A stretch of 32,000 nt of DNA from Desulfocapsa sulfexigens DSM 10523 (GCF_000341395.1 NC_020304.1:2610001-2642000), one strand, 5' to 3'; numbered from the stretch's first letter, positions 7,856 through 17,026 are shown. A program made the numbers and translations. Notes: a model not told the origin generated them from the sequence alone.

Positions 7856-9295
7856 TTAAAATTGAAAGTAGAGAAAGGGGTGGTATGCCTGGGCGGCAAC
7901 ACTGATAAAAATAAAATAGAGGAGTGCTGTGAACAGGCTTAGTCGCCCTGTGGCCAGAAAACTCGTCGTAAGAAGAGTTGGTTTCCATTCGAGTAGCTTT
8001 TGCATACGTCTTGAGCCAAGTGAATATGTGGGAAAGGCAAAGAAGAACGCGAAAAGGAGTTGGGTGAACAGAAGTGTATCGGTAGTGAGGAGTGAAATTA
8101 TTGAGCCTTCGGTTGTTGTTTGCCCGCCTGCCATAACCCGAAGAAACTCCCAGGCAAAAGTAAGAGAGGGGCTTCTGAAGATAACCCAGCCAACCATTAC
8201 AACCGTTGTTGTATAGAGCCATCCTGGAATGTGATGCCAGATCTTCTTTTGGTTGAGCGGAACAACTCGTTCCAGTACCAGGAACAGCCCATGCCAGAGC
8301 CCCCAGACAACAAAGGTCCAGTTTGCACCGTGCCAGAGACCGCAAAGAAGGAAAACAATGAGGAGATTTGCCATTGTTCTTCCCGCCCCTTTTCTGCTGC
8401 CCCCCAGAGGTATATATAAATAATCACGTAACCAGGTGGATAATGAAATGTGCCAGCGTTTCCAGAATTCTCTCATGGAGCGTGAGATGTAGGGATAATT
8501 GAAGTTTTCAGGCAGGCGAAAACCAAACATCTTTCCAAGGCCGATGGCCATGTCGGAATATCCGGAAAAATCGTAATAAATCTGTAGGGTAAAACAGCTT
8601 GCCCCAAGCCAGGCGTCTCCGGTGCTGAGCTCATGGAAGGGCAGGTTGAATAGCTGGTCCGCTTTTACGCCAAGGGGGTCGGCGAGGAGGATTTTCTTGG
8701 CCAGTCCGAATGTGAAACGTTCAGTGCCTGCAGCAAATCCGGCTCTGTTCACAGTGCGTTCACGTAACTGGTGGGCTATGTCGTGGTAGCGGACGATGGG
8801 GCCGGCAATGAGTTGCGGAAACATGGAAATGTATAATCCACAATTCAATAGACGTTTTTCGGCAGGAGCTACACACCGGTATACATCTATGAGGTACGAA
8901 ATTGCCTGAAAGGTAAAAAAAGAGATCCCTGCAGGGAGGTGAATGTTTGTCATCTGCCATGAGTCGTGACCGGTGGCGAAAAACAGAGGAGCAAGGGTGG
9001 CAAGAGTAAAGTGGAGGTATTTAAATATAAAGAGGGGGAGAAGGTTACAAAGGATACCAAGTCCCAGGAGCAGTGTTTTGTTTTTTCCAGAGGACCGTTC
9101 AATTTCACGGCCAAGAAAATAGGTCATGCAAATGGAAAGAAGGAGCAGAAGGGTATAGCCACCCTCTCCCCAGGCATAAAACAGCAGACTTGAAGCAAAA
9201 AGAAAATAATTCCGGTATGGTTTTCCAGCACAGAAGCTGCCGGCAATAACAATGGGCAGAAAGAGGAAAAGAAAGGTAACGGAGCTGAATATCAT
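7856..9295 (-). CDS. MBOAT-family membrane O-acyltransferase (AlgI/DltB/PatA-like)
   Basis: Typical MBOAT N-terminus MIFSSVTFLFLFLPIV. Multi-TM protein with FWKRWHISLSTWLRDYLYIPLGGSR and the conserved His region (LLCGLWHGANW). The track's extra 18 N-terminal codons (to 9349) overlap a perfect 17-bp hairpin, so I place the start at 9295. Confidence 0.88.
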   Translation of the reverse strand: MIFSSVTFLFLFLPIVIAGSFCAGKPYRNYFLFASSLLFYAWGEGGYTLLLLLSICMTYFLGREIERSSGKNKTLLLGLGILCNLLPLFIFKYLHFTLATLAPLFFATGHDSWQMTNIHLPAGISFFTFQAISYLIDVYRCVAPAEKRLLNCGLYISMFPQLIAGPIVRYHDIAHQLRERTVNRAGFAAGTERFTFGLAKKILLADPLGVKADQLFNLPFHELSTGDAWLGASCFTLQIYYDFSGYSDMAIGLGKMFGFRLPENFNYPYISRSMREFWKRWHISLSTWLRDYLYIPLGGSRKGAGRTMANLLIVFLLCGLWHGANWTFVVWGLWHGLFLVLERVVPLNQKKIWHHIPGWLYTTTVVMVGWVIFRSPSLTFAWEFLRVMAGGQTTTEGSIISLLTTDTLLFTQLLFAFFFAFPTYSLGSRRMQKLLEWKPTLLTTSFLATGRLSLFTALLYFIFISVAAQAYHPFLYFQF

Positions 9296-9324
9296 GGATA
9301 GATATTTTGTGGGGCCTTCAAACG

Positions 9325-9372
9325 GGAAGGGGCAAGGTGATGCTATCACCTTGCCCCTTCCTGTTTTTATTT
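9325..9372. terminator. Strong intrinsic-terminator-like hairpin between ppsA and the MBOAT gene
   Basis: Perfect 17-bp inverted repeat GGAAGGGGCAAGGTGAT / ATCACCTTGCCCCTTCC (9325-9341 / 9345-9361) with a 3-nt centre. On the plus strand it is followed by TGTTTTTATTT. On the minus strand it is preceded by an A-tract and followed only by CGTTTG. It sits 29 nt downstream of the ppsA stop. Confidence 0.6.
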
Positions 9373-9389
9373 AACCTGTGAAAAGATGA

Positions 9390-11831
9390 TCAGGGTGCGA
9401 CGCCCATCTCTTTTTCCTTCTCATGTACAGCCATACGAGTCTTGATGGCAGTGTTTGGAATAAGAGACATGGAGTCAATTCCAAGCTCAACCAGGAAGGT
9501 GGCAAAGTCAGGGAAATCAGATGGACCCTGACCGCAGATTCCGATCTTCTTCTTACGTCGTTTGGCGGTGGCGATAACCATGCGGATCATGTCTTTCACA
9601 GCATCGTCACGTTCATCAGCAATACCAGCGATAAGACCGGAGTCACGGTCGAGTCCGAAGGTGAGCTGGGTTAGATCATTGGATCCGATTGAGAAACCAT
9701 CAAATATATCGGCAAAGGCATCAGCAGAGATAACGTTACTTGGGATTTCGCACATAACGTAAACCTCAAGGCCATTCTCTCCCTGAACCAGGCCACAATC
9801 TCTCATAACCTCGATTACTTTCTTACCCTCTTTAGGAGTACGGCAGAATGGAACCATCAGTTTGATGTTGTCCAGACCCATATCGTTACGGGCCTTTAAC
9901 AGGCCAGCACATTCAAGCTCGAATGCAGGCCGGTATTTGGGGTCATAGTAGCGGGAGGCACCACGCCATCCAATCATCGGGTTTTCTTCATTCGGCTCGT
10001 ACAGGGTACCACCAGCAAGGTTTGCGTATTCGTTACTCTTGAAATCAGAGAGACGGACAATAACGTCATTGGGGTAGAATGCAGCAGCGATACGGCCGAC
10101 ACCTTCAGCCACCTTATCAATAAAGAACTGACGCTTGTCGCTGTATGCTCCTGTTTTGGCATCAATCTTGGCAATGATGTCCTTTTTCACGGGATCGTCG
10201 GATTTTTTCAGCTCTTCGTAATTATACAGTGCCAGAGGATGCAGACCGATGTGAGAGTTGATGATAAACTCTTCACGGGCAAGACCGACACCATCATTAG
10301 GAATCTGACATTCGGTGAAGGCTTTTTCAGGAATAGCCAGGTTCATCATTATTTTTGTCTTGGTGGCGGGCAGGTTGCCAAGATCCTGTTTGTCGATTTC
10401 AAACTTGAGCAAACCTTCGTAAACATAGCCGGTTTCACCTTCAGCAGAGGATGCGGTGATTTCCATGCCGGTTTTGATGTGTTCTGTGGCATCTCCGGTT
10501 CCGATGACGCATGGAATGCCAAGCTCGCGGGAAATAATTGCAGCATGACAGGTACGGCCACCGCGGTTAGTAATGATTGCCCCGGCAATTTTCATGATGG
10601 GTTCCCAGTCGGGGTCGGTCATGTCGGTGACCAGGACTTCACCCTTTCTGAAGGTTCCGATATCCTTTACATCATTAATACAGTGAGCAACACCCTGACC
10701 GATCTTTGAACCAACAGCCAGGCCTTCAACAAGGACCTTTCCTTTTTCCAGTAGCTTATAGGTTTCCATCATGCCTGTGCCGGCCTGGGAGTGAACAGTT
10801 TCGGGACGAGCCTGAACGATGAAAAGATCACCTGTTCCCACAGTAACACCGTCACCATCCTTGGCCCACTCGATGTCCATTCCTTTTCCGTAATGATCTT
10901 CGATGATACAGGCCCATTCGGCAAGTTTAAGAATCTCATCATCACTGATTACGTAAGCTTTACGTTCTTCTATGGTGGTGGCAATGTTTCTTACGGGCTC
11001 AGCAGTGGTAGGATCGTTGTCATAGATCATTTTGATCTCTTTGGAGCCAACTTTCTTGCCAACAATTGGTCGTTTGCCTTCTTTCAGTTTAGGTTTGTAA
11101 ACATAGTATTCATCGGGATTAACTGCACCCTGGACCACGTTTTCTCCAAGACCCCAGGCGCCGGTGATAAAACAGGCATCTTTGAAGCCCGATTCGGTAT
11201 CGATGGTAAACAAGACGCCGGAAGAGGCAGAGTCGGAACGAACCATCTTCTGAACAGTAATTGAAAGATAGACATCAAACTGACCAAATCCCTGATGCTG
11301 GCGATACGATATGGCGCGGTTGGTGAAAAGGGATGCAAAGCACTTACGGCAGTTATCGATGATTGCGTCGTAGCCGTGAATGTTCAGGTATGTCTCCTGC
11401 TGACCGGCAAAGGAGGCATCGGGAAGATCTTCTGCGGTTGCAGATGAGCGAACAGCAACATCACAGTTTTCACCATACTGCCCTTCCATCACTTTGTAGG
11501 CCTTGATGATGGCTTCACGAAGATCATCCGGAAATTCGGCATGACGAATAATATTACGGCATTTTTCCCCACGCTCAGCAAGGTTCGCCATATCCTCAAT
11601 ATCAAGATCAGCGAGAACGTCGCGGATCTCCTGCTCGACACCTGCAGCCTTTAGAAGGTAGCGGTAGGCGTATGCGGTGATGGCAAATCCATGGGGAACA
11701 GCAACACCTTTTGCTGTGAGATGCTGATACATTTCACCCAGTGATGCGTTTTTCCCACCAACCAGAGGGACATCTTCAATGCCGATATCGTCAAACCATA
11801 GGATCAATTCTTCGTCGTGACTTTTGGCCAT
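9390..11831 (-). CDS. ppsA: Phosphoenolpyruvate synthase (pyruvate, water dikinase)
   Basis: 813 aa. N-terminal ATP-grasp region (VPLVGGKNASLGEMY), central phospho-His swivel domain (TNRGGRTCHAAIISRELGIPCVIG), C-terminal PEP/pyruvate-binding TIM barrel (FSIGSNDLTQLTFGLDRD). Confidence 0.95.
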   Translation of the reverse strand: MAKSHDEELILWFDDIGIEDVPLVGGKNASLGEMYQHLTAKGVAVPHGFAITAYAYRYLLKAAGVEQEIRDVLADLDIEDMANLAERGEKCRNIIRHAEFPDDLREAIIKAYKVMEGQYGENCDVAVRSSATAEDLPDASFAGQQETYLNIHGYDAIIDNCRKCFASLFTNRAISYRQHQGFGQFDVYLSITVQKMVRSDSASSGVLFTIDTESGFKDACFITGAWGLGENVVQGAVNPDEYYVYKPKLKEGKRPIVGKKVGSKEIKMIYDNDPTTAEPVRNIATTIEERKAYVISDDEILKLAEWACIIEDHYGKGMDIEWAKDGDGVTVGTGDLFIVQARPETVHSQAGTGMMETYKLLEKGKVLVEGLAVGSKIGQGVAHCINDVKDIGTFRKGEVLVTDMTDPDWEPIMKIAGAIITNRGGRTCHAAIISRELGIPCVIGTGDATEHIKTGMEITASSAEGETGYVYEGLLKFEIDKQDLGNLPATKTKIMMNLAIPEKAFTECQIPNDGVGLAREEFIINSHIGLHPLALYNYEELKKSDDPVKKDIIAKIDAKTGAYSDKRQFFIDKVAEGVGRIAAAFYPNDVIVRLSDFKSNEYANLAGGTLYEPNEENPMIGWRGASRYYDPKYRPAFELECAGLLKARNDMGLDNIKLMVPFCRTPKEGKKVIEVMRDCGLVQGENGLEVYVMCEIPSNVISADAFADIFDGFSIGSNDLTQLTFGLDRDSGLIAGIADERDDAVKDMIRMVIATAKRRKKKIGICGQGPSDFPDFATFLVELGIDSMSLIPNTAIKTRMAVHEKEKEMGVAP

Positions 11832-12114
11832 CGTTATTTCTCCTGCTAAAGTAATGATTGAAAGGACACGTCCGATAATACGAATATGCCTGAAATGAAA
11901 AAGTCAGCCTTTATATAAAAGGATGAAAGATGAAAGTCAAAAAAATCTGATGCATTATATAAAAATAATTGTCAATCCGTCAAGTAATAGGGCGGTAAAT
12001 TCCGGCTTTTCTGGAATGAAAAAGTAGAACTGCGGGTGGAAGTGTGATACTGTTTTTTAACTCTTAATTGAATGATGTCAATAAATCTCTATGGAAAATA
12101 TGGAGGGCGACGCC

Positions 12115-13851
12115 ATGTCTCAGGCTGCAAAAATAAAAGAACTCTATAAGAAGTGTAATATCGGTAAGGACCATTCTGAAAGTGATTATTTTGGCCTTGT
12201 CAAGGAATTGGTTGCGCTGCGTAAAGCAGAAGGAGTGCAGTGGCAGCAGGCCATAGATCAGGTTTACGCTTTGATTATGGATGAAATTATCTGTAATGCT
12301 GGTGAGCCGGTGACGGCTGTTAAATTCGGAACATCCGGCTGGCGTGGCATGATAGGAAAAGATCTGTTTGTCCGTTCAGTCTCTTTTGTGACTGCTGCCA
12401 TTGTAGACCTTTACGTCGCACTCGATGAAGAGCCGGAACTTGGTCTGTTTTTGGGTGTTACCAGCCTGGATGAGGCCAGAAAGCGTGGCTGTGTACTCGG
12501 TTTTGATAACCGTTTTGGAGGAGAAATACTTGCCGGAGCCGTGACTGAAGTCTTGGTCAAGGCAGGATTTGTTGTTCACTATGCAGGGGAATCTACTACC
12601 GGAGTTCTTTCTGCTGCAGTGCTCGAACTCAACGCCGCCTTCTCAGTGAACCTGACCCCCTCCCATAATCCCCTTGAGTATGCCGGTTTTAAGTATAACG
12701 CTGCGGATGCAGGCCCTGCCGCGACAGAGCTTACCGGGCGCATTACCGAAAAGGCCCGGCAGATCATAGCAGGAGCAGGCTCTCCATTTGTGGCACTGGA
12801 TAAACCCGTTGTTTCAGCTGCTGATCGTGACGATGTGTTGCCCTTTGATGCCCTTGGGACATGGAAACAGCTTGTTCGCAACAATAAAGACATTCACGAT
12901 GTTCATTATGACGATATTATGAACAGGTTTGCCACGGATACAGAAATTGTGGCTGTTATAGATTCAGTTCACGGAGCCAGCAGGATACATATTCCGGCAC
13001 TGTTTGAGGGGGTTGAAAACGACAGGTTAATACAGTTGCGTGACAGTTCCGATGTTACTTTTGACGGGATAGCCCCGGAACCATCATCAGCTAATATGGT
13101 TGGCGTCATCACGACCCTGCAGAAACGAAAAGAACCTTTGAAGGTTGGAGCCATTATAGATCCCGATGGTGATCGGATCAGGTTCACCGATGGCACGGTT
13201 GAGATAAGCATGAACCAGTTCGGTGCCATGGCTTACCACTTTCTTCATGAAGGTAAAGGCAAGAAAGGAATGGTCGCAAAAACCGTGGCGACCTCCAACC
13301 TTGCCAATCGTCTGGCCGAGGTGTTCGGAGAAGAGACCTTTGAGCCTCGAGTAGGATTCAAAGAGTTTAAACCGGTTATTGGTAAGGCTCTTGTCTACTT
13401 TGAAGAATCCGATGGTATCTCTATTATTGGCCATACCCCTGAGAAGGACGCCTATATCGGTCTCCTTCTGGCGCTTGATATGGTAATCAGTCGCAGGCAA
13501 AATCTTGGAGAGTATCTTGCGGAGATTGAAAAGGAATATGGTGCCTTTTATCCTGACAGAGACGGTCTTCCGGTCAGTGTTCAGGGAGAAGTGCTGCATG
13601 CTGCTCTGTTGAAACTTGAAAAGTATGGCGTGGGTGCAGTTGTTAATGTGGGTGGAACAGAGCAGCGTATCACTCAGGTGATCGACATTGATGGCCGAAA
13701 GATGATTTTTGAGGATGGTTCATGGCTGATGATCAGGCCGTCCGGGACGGAACCAAAGGTGCGTTTCTATGTTGAATCGCGAACAAAAAGTGGCACTGCG
13801 GCGCTTGTAGAGGCGGCCCGTGGAATGTTGGATGAAATAGGTCTTATATAA
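12115..13851 (+). CDS. Alpha-D-phosphohexomutase (phosphoglucomutase/phosphomannomutase family)
   Basis: Catalytic-Ser loop NLTPSHNP, Mg loop IDPDGDR, sugar loop FEESDG, phosphate loop RPSGTEPKVRFY. The ATG at 12115 has GGAGGG 7 nt upstream and is preferred over the track start at 12091. Confidence 0.88.
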   Translation: MSQAAKIKELYKKCNIGKDHSESDYFGLVKELVALRKAEGVQWQQAIDQVYALIMDEIICNAGEPVTAVKFGTSGWRGMIGKDLFVRSVSFVTAAIVDLYVALDEEPELGLFLGVTSLDEARKRGCVLGFDNRFGGEILAGAVTEVLVKAGFVVHYAGESTTGVLSAAVLELNAAFSVNLTPSHNPLEYAGFKYNAADAGPAATELTGRITEKARQIIAGAGSPFVALDKPVVSAADRDDVLPFDALGTWKQLVRNNKDIHDVHYDDIMNRFATDTEIVAVIDSVHGASRIHIPALFEGVENDRLIQLRDSSDVTFDGIAPEPSSANMVGVITTLQKRKEPLKVGAIIDPDGDRIRFTDGTVEISMNQFGAMAYHFLHEGKGKKGMVAKTVATSNLANRLAEVFGEETFEPRVGFKEFKPVIGKALVYFEESDGISIIGHTPEKDAYIGLLLALDMVISRRQNLGEYLAEIEKEYGAFYPDRDGLPVSVQGEVLHAALLKLEKYGVGAVVNVGGTEQRITQVIDIDGRKMIFEDGSWLMIRPSGTEPKVRFYVESRTKSGTAALVEAARGMLDEIGLI

Positions 13852-13972
13852 AAAGCATTTCTCATTGATTTTTGCTTCTGCAGTATTAGAGTAGCTGAAC
13901 TGTCTCGAAATTTTTCCAATCCCATGCGTTGGGGTTGTTGGTATCTCATTTAAGAACACTCAGGAGTAGATC

Positions 13973-14806
13973 ATGTGGGAATATACGGATAAAGTTCAGC
14001 AACACTTTTTACATCCTCAAAATGTTGGGGAAATTGAGAATCCAAGCGGTATCGGGGATGTTGGTTCTTTGGCTTGTGGCGACGCCCTGAAGCTGACGTT
14101 AAAGATTGAAGATAACGTCATAGTTGATGCCAAGTTCAAGACTTTCGGCTGTGCCTCTGCCATTGCCTCTTCCTCTGCTCTAACCCTTATGGTGATCGGT
14201 ATGACCGTCGATGAAGCAGAAAAAATTACTAACGACGACATTGCTGATTATCTGGGTGGTCTGCCGAAGGAGAAGATGCACTGTTCTGTTATGGGACGTG
14301 AAGCTCTGGAGGCTGCCATTGCCGATTATCGTGGTGTAATCCTGCCCATGGCTGAAGGTGAAGTCGTCTGTGAATGTTTTGGTGTGACCGATCTTGACGT
14401 GATTCGGGCAATTAAAGAATCAGATCTTCGTTCCGTTGAGGAAATCACTAACTTCACCAAGGCAGGTGGCGGTTGTGGAAAATGTGAAGATAAACTGCGT
14501 GATCTTCTCCAGACGACGATCAGTGGGATTCCCATTGTTCCGGTTACTGCTGAAGGACCCAAACGTTTGACGACTCTTCAGAAGATCAAAAAAATTGAAG
14601 AAGTTCTTGAGCGTGAGATAAAGCCGGCTCTTAAAAAGGATGGTGGTGATATTGAACTTGTTGATGTTGATGGAGATTTTGTAATGGTTTCTCTGCGTGG
14701 CGCCTGTACCAGTTGTGCCAAGTCACAAACAACTCTCAAAGAGTATGTGGAGAAAAAATTGCGTGAGTTGGTGCTCGACACGCTGATTGTTGAGGAGGCC
14801 AAATGA
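13973..14806 (+). CDS. nifU: Three-domain NifU Fe-S cluster scaffold
   Basis: 277 aa. IscU-like N-domain with scaffold cysteines (SLACGDA, FGCASAIASS, MHCSV), central BFD-like [2Fe-2S] domain (CECFGV ... GGGCGKC), C-terminal NifU domain with CTSC. Confidence 0.92.
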   Translation: MWEYTDKVQQHFLHPQNVGEIENPSGIGDVGSLACGDALKLTLKIEDNVIVDAKFKTFGCASAIASSSALTLMVIGMTVDEAEKITNDDIADYLGGLPKEKMHCSVMGREALEAAIADYRGVILPMAEGEVVCECFGVTDLDVIRAIKESDLRSVEEITNFTKAGGGCGKCEDKLRDLLQTTISGIPIVPVTAEGPKRLTTLQKIKKIEEVLEREIKPALKKDGGDIELVDVDGDFVMVSLRGACTSCAKSQTTLKEYVEKKLRELVLDTLIVEEAK

Positions 14807-15990
14807 TGAACTGTGATGCAGATAAAGTGATTTACATGGATAATAATGCCACCACCAGGGTAGCTCCTGAGGTGGTTGATGCCATGATGCCCTTCCTGAC
14901 CGAATGCTACGGTAACCCATCCAGCATGCATAATTTTGGTGGTCAGGTGGGTAGCGCTGTGCAAAAGGCGAGAGGGCAGGTGGCTGAGTTGATCGGTGCA
15001 GAGCCAACGGAGATCACCTTCACCAGCTGTGGGACGGAGAGTGACTCTACAGCGATCCTTTCTGCCCTGCAGGCCTTTCCCGAAAAAAGGCATATTATTA
15101 CCACCCGGGTGGAACATCCTGCCATTAAGCATCTCTGTGAAAATTTAGACAGGCTTACCGGTCACAAGCATCGGGTCACGCGGCTTCAGGTGGAATCCGA
15201 TGGCACCCTTGATCTTGCGAGCTATGAAGAAGCCCTGGCCGAAGATACAGCCATTGTTTCTGTGATGTGGGCTAATAATGAAACCGGTGTAATTTTTCCC
15301 GTGGAAAAAATGGCAACCATGGCCAAAGAAAGGGGAATCCTGTTTCACACCGATGCGGTTCAGGCTGTTGGGAAGATTCCTATAAATCTGAAGGATCTTG
15401 ATATCGATTTTCTGTCCATATCCGGTCACAAACTTCATGCTGCCAAAGGTGTTGGAGTTTTATATGTGAAGCGGGGAACGCCCTTTGTTCCCTTTCTGGC
15501 AGGTGGCCATCAGGAAGGTGGAAGGCGCGGTGGTACCGAAAACGTGGCATCTATTGTTGGTCTTGGCAAGGCGTGTGAGCTTGCGGGAAAGATGATGGAG
15601 GAGGAGAATACCAGAGTGCGAGCCCTTCGTGATCGGCTTGAGGAGGGGTTACTTGCAACAGTGCCCAAATCCATGCTCAATGGTCACAAAACAGACAGAC
15701 TTCCCAACACCACAAATATCAGTTTTGAATTTGTGGAGGGTGAAGCCATTCTGCTGCACATGAATATGTATAATATCTGTGCTTCATCAGGCTCTGCCTG
15801 TACTTCAGGCTCTCTTGAGCCATCCCATGTTCTGCGAGCCATGGGGGTTCCCTTTACTGCGGCCCATGGTTCCATCAGGTACTCGTTAAGTGTCTATAAT
15901 ACCGAAGCTGAAGTGGATTTTGTGTTGGAGAAAATGCCTCCGATTATTGCCGAACTGCGTGAACTCTCACCTTTCTGGGAGGCGGAATAA
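14803..15990 (+). CDS. nifS: Cysteine desulfurase (NifS type, class V aminotransferase)
   Basis: 395 aa. PLP-lysine motif SISGHKLHAAKGVG and active-site Cys loop SSGSACTSG. The ATGA start/stop overlap with nifU indicates translational coupling. Confidence 0.92.
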   Translation: MMNCDADKVIYMDNNATTRVAPEVVDAMMPFLTECYGNPSSMHNFGGQVGSAVQKARGQVAELIGAEPTEITFTSCGTESDSTAILSALQAFPEKRHIITTRVEHPAIKHLCENLDRLTGHKHRVTRLQVESDGTLDLASYEEALAEDTAIVSVMWANNETGVIFPVEKMATMAKERGILFHTDAVQAVGKIPINLKDLDIDFLSISGHKLHAAKGVGVLYVKRGTPFVPFLAGGHQEGGRRGGTENVASIVGLGKACELAGKMMEEENTRVRALRDRLEEGLLATVPKSMLNGHKTDRLPNTTNISFEFVEGEAILLHMNMYNICASSGSACTSGSLEPSHVLRAMGVPFTAAHGSIRYSLSVYNTEAEVDFVLEKMPPIIAELRELSPFWEAE

Positions 15991-15992
15991 TT

Positions 15993-16916
15993 ATGCGGAT
16001 TGTTGACCCGTCGTTTGAAATTCAGGATGATCTGGATCGGGCATCACTTGTTGTGCGCCTTGAGGCCTGTGGACGTATCTGTTACAAGAGTGAGGGCCTT
16101 ATTGATGAAAATTCTGCCCTTCCTTTTGTGAAAAAGATAGCTGAGCACGGTCACAATTCTGTGATGGAAATGGCGGTGGTCACATTGGGTATTGTGTGCT
16201 CCGATGACCAATTTGATGCTTTACTGGCCTTAGAACCCAAATATCTTTTTATCGATCGTCTGGGTTCTGAGGTTTTGGTGACCGCATCCATTCGAAGTCT
16301 TCGAGAGTTGTATCAGCGAGCAGGGACGAATGCGCTGGTTGAAGCCATGGTTGCTTTTATGGTTGCCAGGCATTCCTATCTTTTCGAGGGTGTTTGGGAC
16401 GGTGGTAATGGACAGGGAAAAGATATAACGGTCAGGAAATTGGATTTGCAGGAGGTGGATTCGCTTCCAGAGGAAAATATTTCCAAGCATCGTTTTCTTG
16501 GTGTGAAGTTTATCACAAATCGTGCCGTGACTCACGAAATCGTGCGACATCGTCCCTGTTCTTTTTTGCAGGAAAGTCAACGCTACTGCCGCTATAGTCA
16601 GGATAAGTTTGATAATCAGGTGACTTTTATCAGACCCCTGTTCTATAAAGAGGGGAGCGACGAGTTTGTGCTCTGGCAAAAGGCCATGGAAGATACAGAA
16701 AAAATATATTTGAAACTCCTTGAATCTTCCACGCCTCAGGCTGCCCGGACTGTGTTGCCTAATTCCTGCAAGACAGAAATTATTGTTTATTGTAATCTTG
16801 CAGAGTGGAGCCATATTTTTAAATTACGAACAACTCCTGCAGCCGAACCTTCCATGCGGGAAGTTATGATTCCGCTTGCTGCTGAAATGAAAAAACGCTA
16901 TCCGGCGATCTTCTGA
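15993..16916 (+). CDS. thyX: Flavin-dependent thymidylate synthase ThyX-family protein (long form)
   Basis: Contains the ThyX motif RHR(X)7S as RHRPCSFLQESQRY, an upstream HGHNSVMEM block and a downstream ARTVLPNSCKTEI...NLAEWSHIFKLR block. The start is 2 nt after the nifS stop. Confidence 0.72.
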   Translation: MRIVDPSFEIQDDLDRASLVVRLEACGRICYKSEGLIDENSALPFVKKIAEHGHNSVMEMAVVTLGIVCSDDQFDALLALEPKYLFIDRLGSEVLVTASIRSLRELYQRAGTNALVEAMVAFMVARHSYLFEGVWDGGNGQGKDITVRKLDLQEVDSLPEENISKHRFLGVKFITNRAVTHEIVRHRPCSFLQESQRYCRYSQDKFDNQVTFIRPLFYKEGSDEFVLWQKAMEDTEKIYLKLLESSTPQAARTVLPNSCKTEIIVYCNLAEWSHIFKLRTTPAAEPSMREVMIPLAAEMKKRYPAIF

Positions 16917-17026
16917 TGGTGTAATTATGTTCTGAAGCCTGCTTTCCGTTTTTAGTTGCAAAATTTCCTTCGCTGTGGAGAATTTTCGACCAAACAATAA
17001 AATGCCAGTTCTGTACTGAAAGAAAA

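Noticed and set aside
9296-9349. N-terminal extension of the MBOAT ORF in the track (MIASPCPFPFEGPTKYLS).
   Set aside because: These codons are the translated arms of the perfect 17-bp terminator hairpin. The canonical MBOAT N-terminus MIFSSVTFLFLFLP begins at the next ATG (9295).
13852-13972. Possible promoter or weak hairpin upstream of nifU (TTGATT-N16-TAGAGT; AAGCA...TGCTT stem after the phosphohexomutase stop).
   Set aside because: Both hexamers match the consensus at only 4 of 6 positions. The stem is 5 bp with a 14-nt loop. This is too weak to report as a feature without transcript mapping.
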